In this document: positions 36,904 to 48,180 of the stretch, piece after piece
Numbering within the stretch: the stretch's first letter is position 1
Layout: every line of letters starts with the position of its first letter
Assembly (NCBI RefSeq): GCF_964213995.1
Contig: NW_027590501.1
Location: forward strand, 124,001-188,000
DNA length: 64,000 nt
Direction of reading: 5' to 3'
From: Mustelus asterias
Taxonomy: Eukaryota
The notes under the pieces: generated by a model
Database searches by the model: none
The model's input: only the letters and a program-made list of their open reading frames with translations
What the model was told of the DNA's origin: nothing
Program-made: the position numbers and the translations under genes

Positions 36904-37730
36904 TGTTGTAGGGAAATATCCCTTACCAGTGCAGAATAGAAGTTGAGTCGCAAATCAAGGTTCAAAGCGTGTCTTTATTGTACAATTACTGGGATCCCAG
37001 GGAGACCCCCGTAGCCAGCTCAGAAACAGTGGCTTGGCCACGTTGATCTCAATTAAATCACATCAGCTCTGGATCTTTATAGGGATCCAAAATTCGCGCG
37101 GGAACATTTGATTATGCCTTTTTTTACACAATGTATAAAGTGGTCTGTCAGTTTCAAAAGTCCCTAGGAAGTTTCATGGATTAGCATTTGTATGGTGTGT
37201 GTTCGTGTTAATGGGATTACTTGGTCCTGCCCCGGTGTCTAAATGCGTTTCCCATTACTATCTCTATGTGTCTTCTTATTTAAATTGGTCCTATTGTTCC
37301 GTGTCTGTGTTTCCTGCTTGTGAGATTGAGTGTTAATGTCATCCTGTCCTGTTGGGTGTCTGGGGTATTTCATTCTTAACCTTTTATCCTTATCTCTTAG
37401 TTTATCAGATTTTTATGTCTGCCTTGGCCGAATTGGTAATATTTCAGTGATAGCTTGGTTTTGATAACCCACTCTCTGTCTCGTTTCATAGGGATCTTGA
37501 TCTTCCTTGGCCAGTTTAAAATGCAGCTATGCGCTGTTGCTAGGCAGATTAGGGATCTTCCGTAGTTTCTGAAATTCGTGAGTCTCTCAGCTGTGCAGGG
37601 GGAGACCCGATTGAATATCCATCCGGGGGTGCCCCTCTGCATTGTTGGCCCGTTATGAGTGGTGCCAATTAGTCCAATAAAAATATGTTTGATGATGCAA
37701 ATATGGTTTTCTGGAAAATTTCCTCCTTCA
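36904..37730 (-). repeat. 3' LTR
   Basis: Direct repeat of 42626-43452; minus-strand TATAAA at 37076-37081 and AATAAA at 36974-36979. Confidence 0.97.
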
Positions 37731-37742
37731 GTCCCTCCTCTC
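37731..37742 (-). other. Polypurine tract
   Basis: GAGAGGAGGGAC immediately before the LTR TG. Confidence 0.9.
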
Positions 37743-37785
37743 GTCCAAGGGGTGCCATTCATGGCTGACCCCCCATGGACGACCT

Positions 37786-38529
37786 TCAGAGGAACAGTGA
37801 TTTGTACAGCTGTTGTCCTTGCCGTTGTTCCTCCTCTTCTGGGTCGTTGTTAAGTTCTTGCATCTGGATACTGGCAGTGGGTAGCATTCTTGATGTAATA
37901 TTTGCACATATCACTTTAATACAGGTTAGGCCAAGGCAGAGTGTGAACAGGATGGCTACTACTAGGATTAATCCCTTCATAATATATGCTCCCCAAACTG
38001 TGTTAAACAGCCATCCTAACCACCCATCAGTCCCTGTTAACCCCTGTTTAAAGTTATCCAATTGCTTTTGTATCCCGGACATGGCTGCTGTTATGTTTAG
38101 TGTCTTGTCGTGTACGTATGTGATGCATTTTTCCTTGATGATGGTGCATACCCCCCCTTGTCTGGCTAGCTGATAGTCCACCGCATATCTCGTTTGTTGT
38201 GTGTATAGTCTGAGTTCTGCGAGTTCTTGGTCAATTGCGCCTAATGCTTGTAGGGTGTTGTTTCCTAAAATGGTCAGTCCACATATGAAGAAGTTCCTAT
38301 TACTGGCACTGATCACCCCTGCGGCGCCTCCCAGGGATAGTGTCCCCAGAAATCCATATCCTAAAGAAGACCCTAGTGTGACAGGGGCCTGCCAGTCGGA
38401 GCAAAATTCTGCGCTGATGGCCCTGGTCACTATGCGTTTTTGGACATGCCCTTCGCTTGGGCATGGAACCGTGAGAGGTCTGATTGTCCCTACGGAAAAG
38501 AACCTTGGAGGCCTGTCTGTGGCCGTCAT
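37786..38529 (-). CDS. env: ERV env C-terminal part (SU end and TM)
   Basis: KRIVTR cleavage site, Gly-rich fusion peptide, heptad repeat, immunosuppressive-domain-like QQTRYAVDYQLARQGGVC, CX6C, hydrophobic TM helix. Confidence 0.9.
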   Translation of the reverse strand: MTATDRPPRFFSVGTIRPLTVPCPSEGHVQKRIVTRAISAEFCSDWQAPVTLGSSLGYGFLGTLSLGGAAGVISASNRNFFICGLTILGNNTLQALGAIDQELAELRLYTQQTRYAVDYQLARQGGVCTIIKEKCITYVHDKTLNITAAMSGIQKQLDNFKQGLTGTDGWLGWLFNTVWGAYIMKGLILVVAILFTLCLGLTCIKVICANITSRMLPTASIQMQELNNDPEEEEQRQGQQLYKSLFL

Positions 38530-39257
38530 ATATACATTTTTAAATAAAACACGTACCCGTCTTTAACCCGATAACATGCATTACCCCGGTGTCGTTTGAC
38601 CGCATGGCCCCATCTTGTGGAACCTTCCCTCCCCCTGGACTGTCCACTTGATTGTACCTCTTGGTGAGAATCAAATGGATATGTCCCTGAGGCTGAGCTT
38701 ACGTGGGTGCTGTTGCACTTGCCACACATAAGCTGCCTACCCGCGGTGACTGCAATGCATTTTTGTTGCTTGCAGTCACAAGTGAAGTGTCCTTCCCGGA
38801 CCCGGCACTCCTGGAGAGCACAATGTGCCTCAGCGCACGAATCATTTTTAGGGACAAAGGCATGCACGCACCCCCATCCCTCTCCCTTAAAACATTGTGG
38901 GTAGTTCCCAAGTGTCTCCTCCGGTTGGGGTCCCGTCCCCCTTAGAATTCCCGGCTCAGTGAGCTCTACACACCTTCCTTGTATCCCTTGCTTAAAGTAC
39001 CCAATATGTTCTTTGCAGGGTGCCCCCGATGTGTCAATAGTGAATAACTCTTGTGGGAGCCACCCTGGTGTTGCGATGAATAGGGAGTTTACTGATCGCG
39101 CTGAGGGGTAACAAGCGGTCCTATTCCCATAGATCTGGATGTGTGTTTTCAGGAATAGGTTTCCTTCCATGATTGGTGGTTCTGCTCCCCTAACCCCCAT
39201 GTGTTGGAGTGTATTTACAATGGTCAGGGTTATTATCAGATATGTCCCTGTTCCCAT
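38526..39257 (-). CDS. env: ERV env N-terminal part (signal peptide and Cys-rich SU)
   Basis: MGTGTYLIITLTIVNTLQ signal-like start, many Cys, NDS/NST sequons; overlaps the TM ORF in the -1 frame. Confidence 0.85.
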   Translation of the reverse strand: MGTGTYLIITLTIVNTLQHMGVRGAEPPIMEGNLFLKTHIQIYGNRTACYPSARSVNSLFIATPGWLPQELFTIDTSGAPCKEHIGYFKQGIQGRCVELTEPGILRGTGPQPEETLGNYPQCFKGEGWGCVHAFVPKNDSCAEAHCALQECRVREGHFTCDCKQQKCIAVTAGRQLMCGKCNSTHVSSASGTYPFDSHQEVQSSGQSRGREGSTRWGHAVKRHRGNACYRVKDGYVFYLKMYI

Positions 39258-39414
39258 ATCGCTCTTTTTTTTTTTTTCAACAGTATTTTACAATTACAGT
39301 ATATACAGAAAATAAACAGGCAATTAAATTAAAAGTAGTTGGTTCCGACGTCTTGATAGTAGATCTGGTCCTGGTTCCTGTGGAAGTTGAATGAGCAAAA
39401 CGGTATCTTTTAGT

Positions 39415-39717
39415 TCATTTGTCCTCATATAGTTTCAATTGGGTCCAGTGTTTCCAGACCCCCTGTCCCCTTATATCTATACAGGCACAGGTATCTCCGC
39501 TAATAATGACCTCGTAAGGTCCGTGCCATCTTGGGGCAAATCCTGGTTTTGCAGGAAGCACTTTTGTTAATACCCGGCTCCCGGCTTTTGGGACTTCTGG
39601 TAATATTTCTGAGTCCCCCTCTGCGTCGACCTGTGCCTGATTAGAAATTACGGACCGGCGCATCCCCTTCAATTGGGTGCTAAGGTCTCGGATGTATTGT
39701 CGGATACATCCATTCAT
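39415..39717 (-). pseudogene. pol: Integrase C-terminal (GPY/F) remnant of pol
   Basis: G.RVL.K...PRWHGPYEVI...WKHWTQLK motif directly upstream of env. Confidence 0.85.
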
Positions 39718-40940
39718 TTGTATGTAGTCTTATCAAAAGACATCGCTTTCCCCATTAAAATCACATGCCATACAGCTCCGATCTTTATATGATGTACTCT
39801 TACATTATCTCTAATTTGATCATTTGTTTGCGTGCAAGCGCTACACCACAGTACTTCACAAAATAATTATGTCTTTATCAATGCCCAATATAGTATATGA
39901 ATATATCATACAAAGTTGGTTAAGGCTTTTCAGGATTTGATGTTATTCTTGTGTCTATATGGCAGTGCTATACTGTATAATAAAAATAATCAAGCGGCAG
40001 TTGTATCATACCACTTTACACATCGTACCCGTGATATCCAAACCCTTTTAATTTAAGCCGTTTCTTTTTTTAAACTGAGCTCCAGATCGAAACCCCCGCA
40101 CTCTAGGAAAAGTAACAGGCGCCGAATCAAAATCAAAGCAGGTACAATACATACCAGTTATTTGATTAGGAACATTTTGGTTTCTTAACTGGCTAGGTTT
40201 TAAGCTTTGCAGTGCTTTTATATTTGGCAAACCTTGAACCTTGATGGCTCATGAAATTCCGACGGCAGTACATAATTTTAAACTAGTTCAGAATACTAAA
40301 CTATCTGACGTTCGCAAATCGCGATATTCTGCGATTAATACTGTATTTCACTGACTTGATATACTTTAAACTAATTCATAGACCTCAGTCTTTTGTTCCT
40401 GCTTTTCTACCTTTCCACAAAATAACTTATTTTCTTCTCTTAACTCCTCAACTAACTCTTATAATTTCTACTTCAAGACAAAGGAAAGAGCACATGCTTC
40501 CTTCCAAGGTTTAAATCCTTTCTTAACATTAAAACAAACAACAACAAAGCATCCACGCAACCACTTTGTTTAAACACACACACACACACACATGGAAGCT
40601 TCCAAAAGTCATTCCACAGTACATCCTTTTTCATTCAAACTTATCATTTCAGACTGGGATGAGTGTAAAACATTCAAAGAGAATACAGAACATTGATTAA
40701 GACAATCGCTTTTATTCTTCTTTCTTCCAAACTGTAATTGACTCAAAGCAGAAGTAAATTCAAGAAATCCTATCACTTGAATCTTTACAGTTTTAACACT
40801 CTCCCAGCCCCCCTGAGGCTAAACCAAGGTGCAATGTACTGCACCCACTGCCTGTAGCAAACATTCCACAGGAACAAAGAGCTCCCTGCTCTCAATCTAA
40901 TTACAACAACAACCACCTACATTCGACAAGCTACCAGATC

Positions 40941-41483
40941 TCACAAACACACTGAAATACAAAAACTAAGATCTCTCCTATCCATCTGCTGCCTTTCCCC
41001 TGGCGTAAAAGGCTTATAGGTTGCCTTTGGTTGTGCTAACGTCCCTCCTCTCGTGACTGGCGCTAGATTATAATTGTCTATGTTTTCTTTTGATGCTGGA
41101 GTGGCTGTATGTTTCTGCACTGACTCGTATGGGCGCCGAGGGTCCGTTTCCTCTGATCTCTGCGTTATCTCCGCAGTGTGGTTTCTGTATTCTAATTCCC
41201 TCACTCTCTCCTGTAATACTTTAATTTGCTCTGTCTCTTTGTGTCTCTCCTCCATAGAGGCATTTACTTCCTCAATTAGTCCAGCTAACTGGGTCACTAA
41301 TATTACTCCCATTACTTTTGTTTTGTCCCGTTTAACTCCGTCTACCCACTTTCTTTGATCTTCTAAAGTTTGTGATGCGTTCCACCCGTTCCGTTTCATC
41401 TTTGCAACAATCGCTTCTCTGGCTAACAGATACTTCAAAATGAGAGCTACTGCAGTTTCTCCCTTAACAACGTGGTCTGCCAT
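40941..41483 (-). CDS. gag: Truncated gag-like ORF (N-terminal domain and coiled coil)
   Basis: First long ORF after the PBS and leader; ATG MADHVV at 41483; ends soon after YKPFTPGER (capsid-start-like); identity inferred from position. Confidence 0.65.
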   Translation of the reverse strand: MADHVVKGETAVALILKYLLAREAIVAKMKRNGWNASQTLEDQRKWVDGVKRDKTKVMGVILVTQLAGLIEEVNASMEERHKETEQIKVLQERVRELEYRNHTAEITQRSEETDPRRPYESVQKHTATPASKENIDNYNLAPVTRGGTLAQPKATYKPFTPGERQQMDRRDLSFCISVCL

Positions 41484-42601
41484 TTTTCTGTCTAGCAGTC
41501 CTGCAACCCCCGTATGCTGGCTGCTACAGTAAAAGTGCCTCAACTCTCTCCCTTATCTCCTGTCACTGATACTGCCCCAGCACCGTCTGTATTGCTGTAG
41601 GTTCTCGTAGTGAGGTTCCAGTGGGTCTCTTTCCCCTGGGCTCCCCCAACTATTCCTGACACCTCACGCTTGGACTATTTTGTGTTGTCTTATTGGGATG
41701 TGTGCTGGTTGTTTAGTGGGTTTGTCCGCCCCTGTTCCCAGCCCCTCTAAGTACAACGCCTCCCGCTCGGCCACCACCCCCACTAGCAGGGTTGATCCGT
41801 TACCCCAAAACCGGGTATCCTGCTATGGGCTGTGGTGTTCCCTACAGACGAACAAGGTTATCAAACTCCGCCCGGGTCCCTAATGGATCCTCCGTCGTCG
41901 TGTCTCTTGGTCAGGATGGATCGGGTCCCCTTTTCCTCAACACTTACACACATGTATTCTGTTATCAAAGCCCCTGTTATAGTTAGTAACTGTATCGACT
42001 CTGAGGTTGTTCGTCCCTTCAGAGTCAGTGTTGTTACCCGATTTACACTGTCCGTGCCTTGCACCCTGAGTGCCTGTGCCTCTTAGCGCCCGCTTCAAAA
42101 CCCAACCTTAGCGTGGGAGATTTCTCCTCTTAACGTCCAGTTTAGGGTAGGGCACCTTGAGTCAAGCACTCCCTTGTCCTATTGCCTTGGCACAGACAGC
42201 GGTTTCATTTACAATCCTGGGTTAGTTACACCAATTAGTTCTGCATGCGGTACTTATCTTTATATTAGTCTTAATTCCTGTTATCAAATAGCCCAAAACC
42301 TGTTATCTTTACCTCTGGTCCTTTACTCCTATTAAAGTTAAAAGTTACTTACCTTTTTCCACGCGGTCGTTCTGACCTGTACCTCTTTAGTGCGGACTTC
42401 TGTTTCAATTTAAAAACTTAGGCAAGATTATACAGTTCTACAAGACAACAATACTTAAAACAGACAAACCCTAACCCTTAAAGGTACCTCACTTTGAACG
42501 GAGACCTGCACTCGCCTTTGACTGCTCTGGATTTGTATCAGATTCGTTTAAATTTGATCCCGACTTTCAAACTGTGGCCATCAGTCAGAAGTCAGATATC
42601 A

Positions 42602-42622
42602 AATCCTGCCGTGACTACGCCA
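42602..42622 (-). other. Primer binding site, tRNA-Ser, with 2-nt insertion
   Basis: TGGCGTAGTC-AC-GGCAGGATT versus the tRNA-Ser(AGA/TGA) complement TGGCGTAGTCGGCAGGATT. Confidence 0.85.
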
Positions 42623-42625
42623 TTT

Positions 42626-43452
42626 TGTTGTAGGGAAATATCCCTTACCAGTGCAGAATAGAAGTTGAGTCGCAAATCAAGGTTCAAAGCGTGTCTTTAT
42701 TGTACAATTACTGGGATCCCAGGGAGACCCCCGTAGCCAGCTCAGAAACAGTGGCTTGGCCACGTTGATCTCAATTAAATCACATCAGCTCTGGATCTTT
42801 ATAGGGATCCAAAATTCGCGCGGGAACATTTGATTATGCCTTTTTTTACACAATGTATAAAGTGGTCTGTCAGTTTCAAAAGTCCCTAGGAAGTTTCATG
42901 GATTAGCATTTGTATGGTGTGTGTTCGTGTTAATGGGATTACTTGGTCCTGCCCCGGTGTCTAAATGCGTTTCCCATTACTATCTCTATGTGTCTTCTTA
43001 TTTAAATTGGTCCTATTGTTCCGTGTCTGTGTTTCCTGCTTGTGAGATTGAGTGTTAATGTCATCCTGTCCTGTTGGGTGTCTGGGGTATTTCATTCTTA
43101 ACCTTTTATCCTTATCTCTTAGTTTATCAGATTTTTATGTCTGCCTTGGCCGAATTGGTAATATTTCAGTGATAGCTTGGTTTTGATAACCCACTCTCTG
43201 TCTCGTTTCATAGGGATCTTGATCTTCCTTGGCCAGTTTAAAATGCAGCTATGCGCTGTTGCTAGGCAGATTAGGGATCTTCCGTAGTTTCTGAAATTCG
43301 TGAGTCTCTCAGCTGTGCAGGGGGAGACCCGATTGAATATCCATCCGGGGGTGCCCCTCTGCATTGTTGGCCCGTTATGAGTGGTGCCAATTAGTCCAAT
43401 AAAAATATGTTTGATGATGCAAATATGGTTTTCTGGAAAATTTCCTCCTTCA
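42626..43452 (-). repeat. 5' LTR
   Basis: 827 bp; TATAAA 42798-42803, AATAAA 42696-42701 (minus strand). Confidence 0.97.
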
Positions 43453-43689
43453 ATATTCAGACCCTGATGTGATGTTTGGTTTCAGTTTCCCTGACTGCAA
43501 ATCTTTCCCTTCTAACGCCCTGTGAAACTGATTTAAAACAGAAAAAAGGGAGTGAGAGAGAACTCACAAAAACAGAAAGGCAGGTTGTGAAACTGAGCTG
43601 GTTTTAGCGCCAATTTCCCACCCCCTCCCCGAATCCTTTGATTCCCTGAAAGATCTCTCCAGCTCTGGGCTAGAATTTTCCTCCATTTT

Positions 43690-46600
43690 AATCCTGGGAA
43701 AACTGCAGTTATTGTCACCGCTCTCTGCTACAAATTCTACCCATTGACTCCATCCCTCTCCTCGGAAACTGTCTGAGACTGAGCCAGACTGTTCACAACC
43801 AGAGCAAAATATTTCACCCAACCTGAGAATCTGACCACAAATCCACATCATTACCAAGACCAGTTCCACCTCAGTAACATCACCCAACTCCAGTCTCCTC
43901 TCAGTTCATCTGCTGCTGAAACCGTCACCCATTCCTTTGTTTTGAGTTGATTTGATTTATTATTGTCACATGCATTAGTATACAGTGAAAAGTATTGTTT
44001 CCTGCGTGCTATACAGACAAAGCATACCATTTATAGAGAAGGAAATGAGACTGTAGTGCTACAGTCATAGCTAGGGTGTAGAGAAAGATCAACTTAATGC
44101 AACGTAGGTCCATTCAAAAGTCTGATGGCAGCAGGGAAGAAGCTGTCCTCGAGTCGGTTGGTATGTGACCTCAGACTTTTGTATCTTTTTCCTGACGTAA
44201 GAAGGTGGAAGAGAGAATGTCCGGGGTGCATGGAGTCCTTAATTATACTGGCTGCTTTAGCAAGGCAGCAGGAAATGTAGACAGAGTCAATGGATGGGAG
44301 GCTGGTTTGAGTGATGGATTGGGCTACATTCACGACATTCTGTAGTTCCTTGCAGTCTTTGGGCCGAGCAGGAGCCTTACCAAGCTGATGCTAATGCTTT
44401 CTATGGTGCATCTGTAAAAGTTGGTGCGAGTCATAGCTAACATGCCAAATTTCATAAAGTCATAGAGGTTTACAGCATGGAAACAGGCCCTTCGGCCCAA
44501 CTTGTCCATGCTGCACTTTTTTTAAAAAACCCTAAGCTCGTCCCAATTGCTCACATTTGGCCCATATCCCTCTTTCCCCATCTTACCCTGTAACTGTCTA
44601 AACGTTTTTTAAAAGACAAAATTGTACCCACCTCTACTACTACCTCTGGCAGCTTGTTCCAGACACTTTGCCCCTCTGGATCCTTTTGTATCTCTCCCCT
44701 CTCACCTTAAACCCATGCCCTCAGGTTTTAGACTCCCCTACCTTTGGGAAAAGATATTGACTATCTAGCTCATCTATGCCTCTCATTATTTTATAGACCT
44801 CTATAAGATCACCCCTCAGCCTTCTATGCTCCAGAGAAAAAAAGTCCCAGTCTATCCAGCCTCTCCTTACAACTCAATCCATCAAGTCCCGGTAGCATCC
44901 CAGTAAATCTCTTCTGCACTCTCCTAGTTTAATAATATCCTTTCTATAATAGGGTGACCAGAACTGAACACAGTATTCCAAGTGTGGCCTTACCAATGTC
45001 TTGTACAACTTCAACAACTCCTGTATTCAATGTTCTGACCAATGAAACCAAGAATGCTGAATGCCTTCTTCACCACTCTGTCCACCTGTGACTCCACTGT
45101 CAATGAGCTATGAACCTGTACCCCTAAATCTCTTTGTTCTGTAACTCTCCCCAATGGCCTACCATTAACTGAGTAAGTCCTGCCCTGGTTCAATCTACCA
45201 AAATGCAATACGTCGCATTTATCTAAATTAAACTCCATCTGCCATTCGTCGGCTCACTGACCCAATTGATCAAGATCCCGTTGCAATCAGAGATAACCTT
45301 CTTCACTATCCACTATGCCACCAATCTTGGTGTCATCTGCAAACTTACTAACCATGCCTCCTATATTCTCATCCAAATCATTCATATAAATGACAAATAA
45401 CAGTGGACCCAGCACCGATCCCTGAGGCACTCCGCTGGTCACAGGTCTCCAGTTTGAAAAACAACCCTCGACAACTACCCTCTGGCTTCTGTCATCAAGC
45501 CAATTTTGTATCCATTTAGCTCCCTCACCCTGGATCCCGTGAGATTTTCCTTCATCTTCTGAGAAAGTAGAGATGTTGGTGGGCTTTCTTAACTATAGTG
45601 TTGACTTGGGGGGACCAGGACAGGTTGTTAATGATCTGGGCACCTGAAAACATGAAGCTTTCGACCATTTCTACTTCATCCCCGTTGATGTAGACAGGAC
45701 ACGTTCTCCACTATGTTTCCTTATGTCGATGGCAATCTCCTTCATTTCTGTTTACAATGAGGGGGAGATTATTGTTACCGCACCAGTTCACCAGATTCTC
45801 TATCTCATTCTTGTACTCTGTCTCGTCGTTGTTGGAGATACGACCCACTACGGTGGTGTCACCAGCAAACCTGAAAATCGAGTTGGAGGGAAATTTGGCC
45901 ACACAATCATAGGTGTATAAGGAGTATAGTAAGAGCTGAGAACACAGCCTTGTGGGGCATCGGTGTTGAGGATGATCGTGGAGGAGGTGTTGTTGCCTAT
46001 CCTTACTGATTGTGGTCTGTGGGTTAGGAAGTTCAGCATCTAGTCGCAGAGGGAGGAGCCGAGCCCAGGCCACGGAGTTTGGAGATGAGTTTCGTGGGAA
46101 TAATGATGTTGAAGGCTGAACTGTAGTCAATAAATAGGAGTCTGACATCGCTGTCTTTGTAATCTCGATGTTCCAGGGTTGAGTGCAGGGCCAGGGAATT
46201 GGCATCTGCTGTGGACTTGTTGGGCGGTAGGCGAACTGTATTGGATCCAGGCAGTCCGAGAGGCTAACCTTTTGAAGCACTTCATAATGATGGATGTTAG
46301 ACCCACCGGACGAGAGCCATTAAGGCACGCTGCTTGGCTTTTCTTTCGTACTGAGATGATGGTCATCTTCTTGAAGCAGATAGGGACCTCAGATTGTTGT
46401 AAAGAGAGGTTGATGATGTCTGCGAATAGCCCCACCAGCTGATCCATGCAGGATCTGAGTGCTTGTTACCATTAGACTTAATCATTCTAACACATCCCTG
46501 GCCGGTCTCCCTCACTCAACCTGTCTATTAACTTGAGGTCATCACAATTCTGCTGCCCACGTGTTTACTCATTCCAAATCTTGTTCACCCACCACCCCTG

Positions 46601-47030
46601 TGCTACAAAGGCTCCTGTTTATGAATCAACATTTTAAATTTCTCATCCTTGTTCTCAAGTACCTCCATGGTTTCACCCCTCCCTATCTCTGTAATCTCCT
46701 CTCGCCTCACAACCCTCCAATATCTCTGCATTCCTTTCATTCCGGCTTCCTCAGCATTCACAGTTTTAATCACTCCATCATACGTGTCCGCACTCCCAGT
46801 TACCAAGGCCATAATCTTTGGAATTTCCCCCTAAACTGCTCCCCCTCTGTATCATCCTTCCCCCCCCCCTTTAAGATACTCATTAAAACTACCTCTTTAA
46901 CCAAGCCTTTACCCATCCACCCTCATGTCTGCTCACATGACTCTATGTCAAATGTTGCTTTATAACACACCTGAGAAACGCCTCAGAATGCTCCAGTACA
47001 TGAAAGATGCTGTATAAATACACATTGTAA
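43690..47030. mobile_element. Nested LINEs: L2-like (+) containing Rex1-like (-, about 43940-46465) containing CR1 (-, about 44457-45545)
   Basis: Rex1-type RT motifs FADIINLSLQQSEVP...RPVGLTSIIMKCF, PQGCVLS; CR1 MEFNLDKCDVLHFGR; L2-like sequence resumes after 46465. Confidence 0.75.
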
Positions 47031-47174
47031 TTATTGATTTGGAGATGTATCACTGTCCCTTCATCATCACTGGGTGAATAGCCTGTAACTCTTGACCTAA
47101 AGGGGAGCACCTTCACCACATGGACTGCAGCTGTTCAAGAAGATAAAACATAATCTTCTCCACAGGTAATTTCA

Positions 47175-47477
47175 GAGAAACCCTACAGTGCAGAAAGAGG
47201 CCATTCGGCCCATCGAGTCTGCACCAACCACAATCCCACCCAGGCCCTACCCCCATATCCCTACATATTTTACCCGCTAATCCCTCTAATCTACGCATCC
47301 CAGGACACTCAGGGGCAATTTTATTTTAGCAGAGCCAATCAACCTAACCGGCACATCTTTGGACTGTGGAAGGAAACCAGAACACCCAGAGGAAACCCAC
47401 ACAGACACGAGGAGAATGTGCAAACTCCGCACAGACAGTGACCCAAGCCAGGAATCGAACCCAGGTCCCTGGAGCTG
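47175..47477 (-). mobile_element. HE1-type V-SINE
   Basis: Near-consensus copy. Confidence 0.9.
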
Positions 47478-47719
47478 TGAAGCAGCAGTGCTAACCACTG
47501 TGCTACCGTGCCGCCCGTTTTGGGGATGGAAAATATTTTCTGTTGGTCTTGTTAGTGAAAAGACAGGGTAGTGGGATGAGCTGATTCCCTTGTAGAGAAC
47601 CAGCAAATGCATGATGGGTTAGTCATTTTCTGTAGTGTAATAATTCAATGTTTCTGTGGCTTAATGAAAAAGAGACCAATTCTGGAGGCCAGGAACTAAC
47701 TTCTGGAATCAATGCCCAC

Positions 47720-48180
47720 TGCCTCCAATCGAGGTGGCGGCTGCACATGCGCCCTGTTGCCCATTGCCCCCTATAAAGATGGCCACCGTCCTGCTGTCCA
47801 TTGCCCCCAATAAATATGGCGGTCACGCTGCCCATTGTTCTCGAAAGATGGAGGCTGCAAAATCGGTCAGGCAGGGCCTCGGGCGTCTTATTTGTGGTTT
47901 GAAGCTAATATCCGACGTTTATGAAAGCTCCGCTTCCTATACCGGGTGCTTATGAGTCCTCCCTTTTGACTCTCAGGCTCCATTTAACCTCACTCACCCG
48001 GTGTCTCCAATCAGTTTCTACTCTCCCTGCTGCTCCGACACCACCCCATCCGACCACTGCCTACACCGCACTGCGCATGCTCCAGTCAGAGAGGCACTGA
48101 GTCTGCGCAATGATCTCCAGTATTGAAGATAGGGTATCGTCACCCTCTCGGTGCACGCTGGGTAATGGCACCGCCATTGC
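47720..48180 (-). promoter_or_regulatory. Probable promoter / first exon of the ERV-interrupted ZNF
   Basis: CpG-rich, actgcgcatgctc motif, YY1-like aagatggc repeats, minus-strand donor cgg|gtgagt near 47997. Confidence 0.55.

Larger units (their letters stand above)
36904..43452 (-). mobile_element. Young, internally deleted endogenous retrovirus (6549 bp)
   Basis: Two 827 bp TG...CA LTRs, 4 bp TSD ATAT (36900-36903, 43453-43456), PBS, polypurine tract, gag piece, integrase C-terminus, env. Confidence 0.96.

Noticed and set aside
36885-36965. LTR-encoded N-terminus MNLDLRLNF of the 372 aa ZNF ORF
   Set aside because: It starts at TTG, not ATG; the first true ATG is 36884
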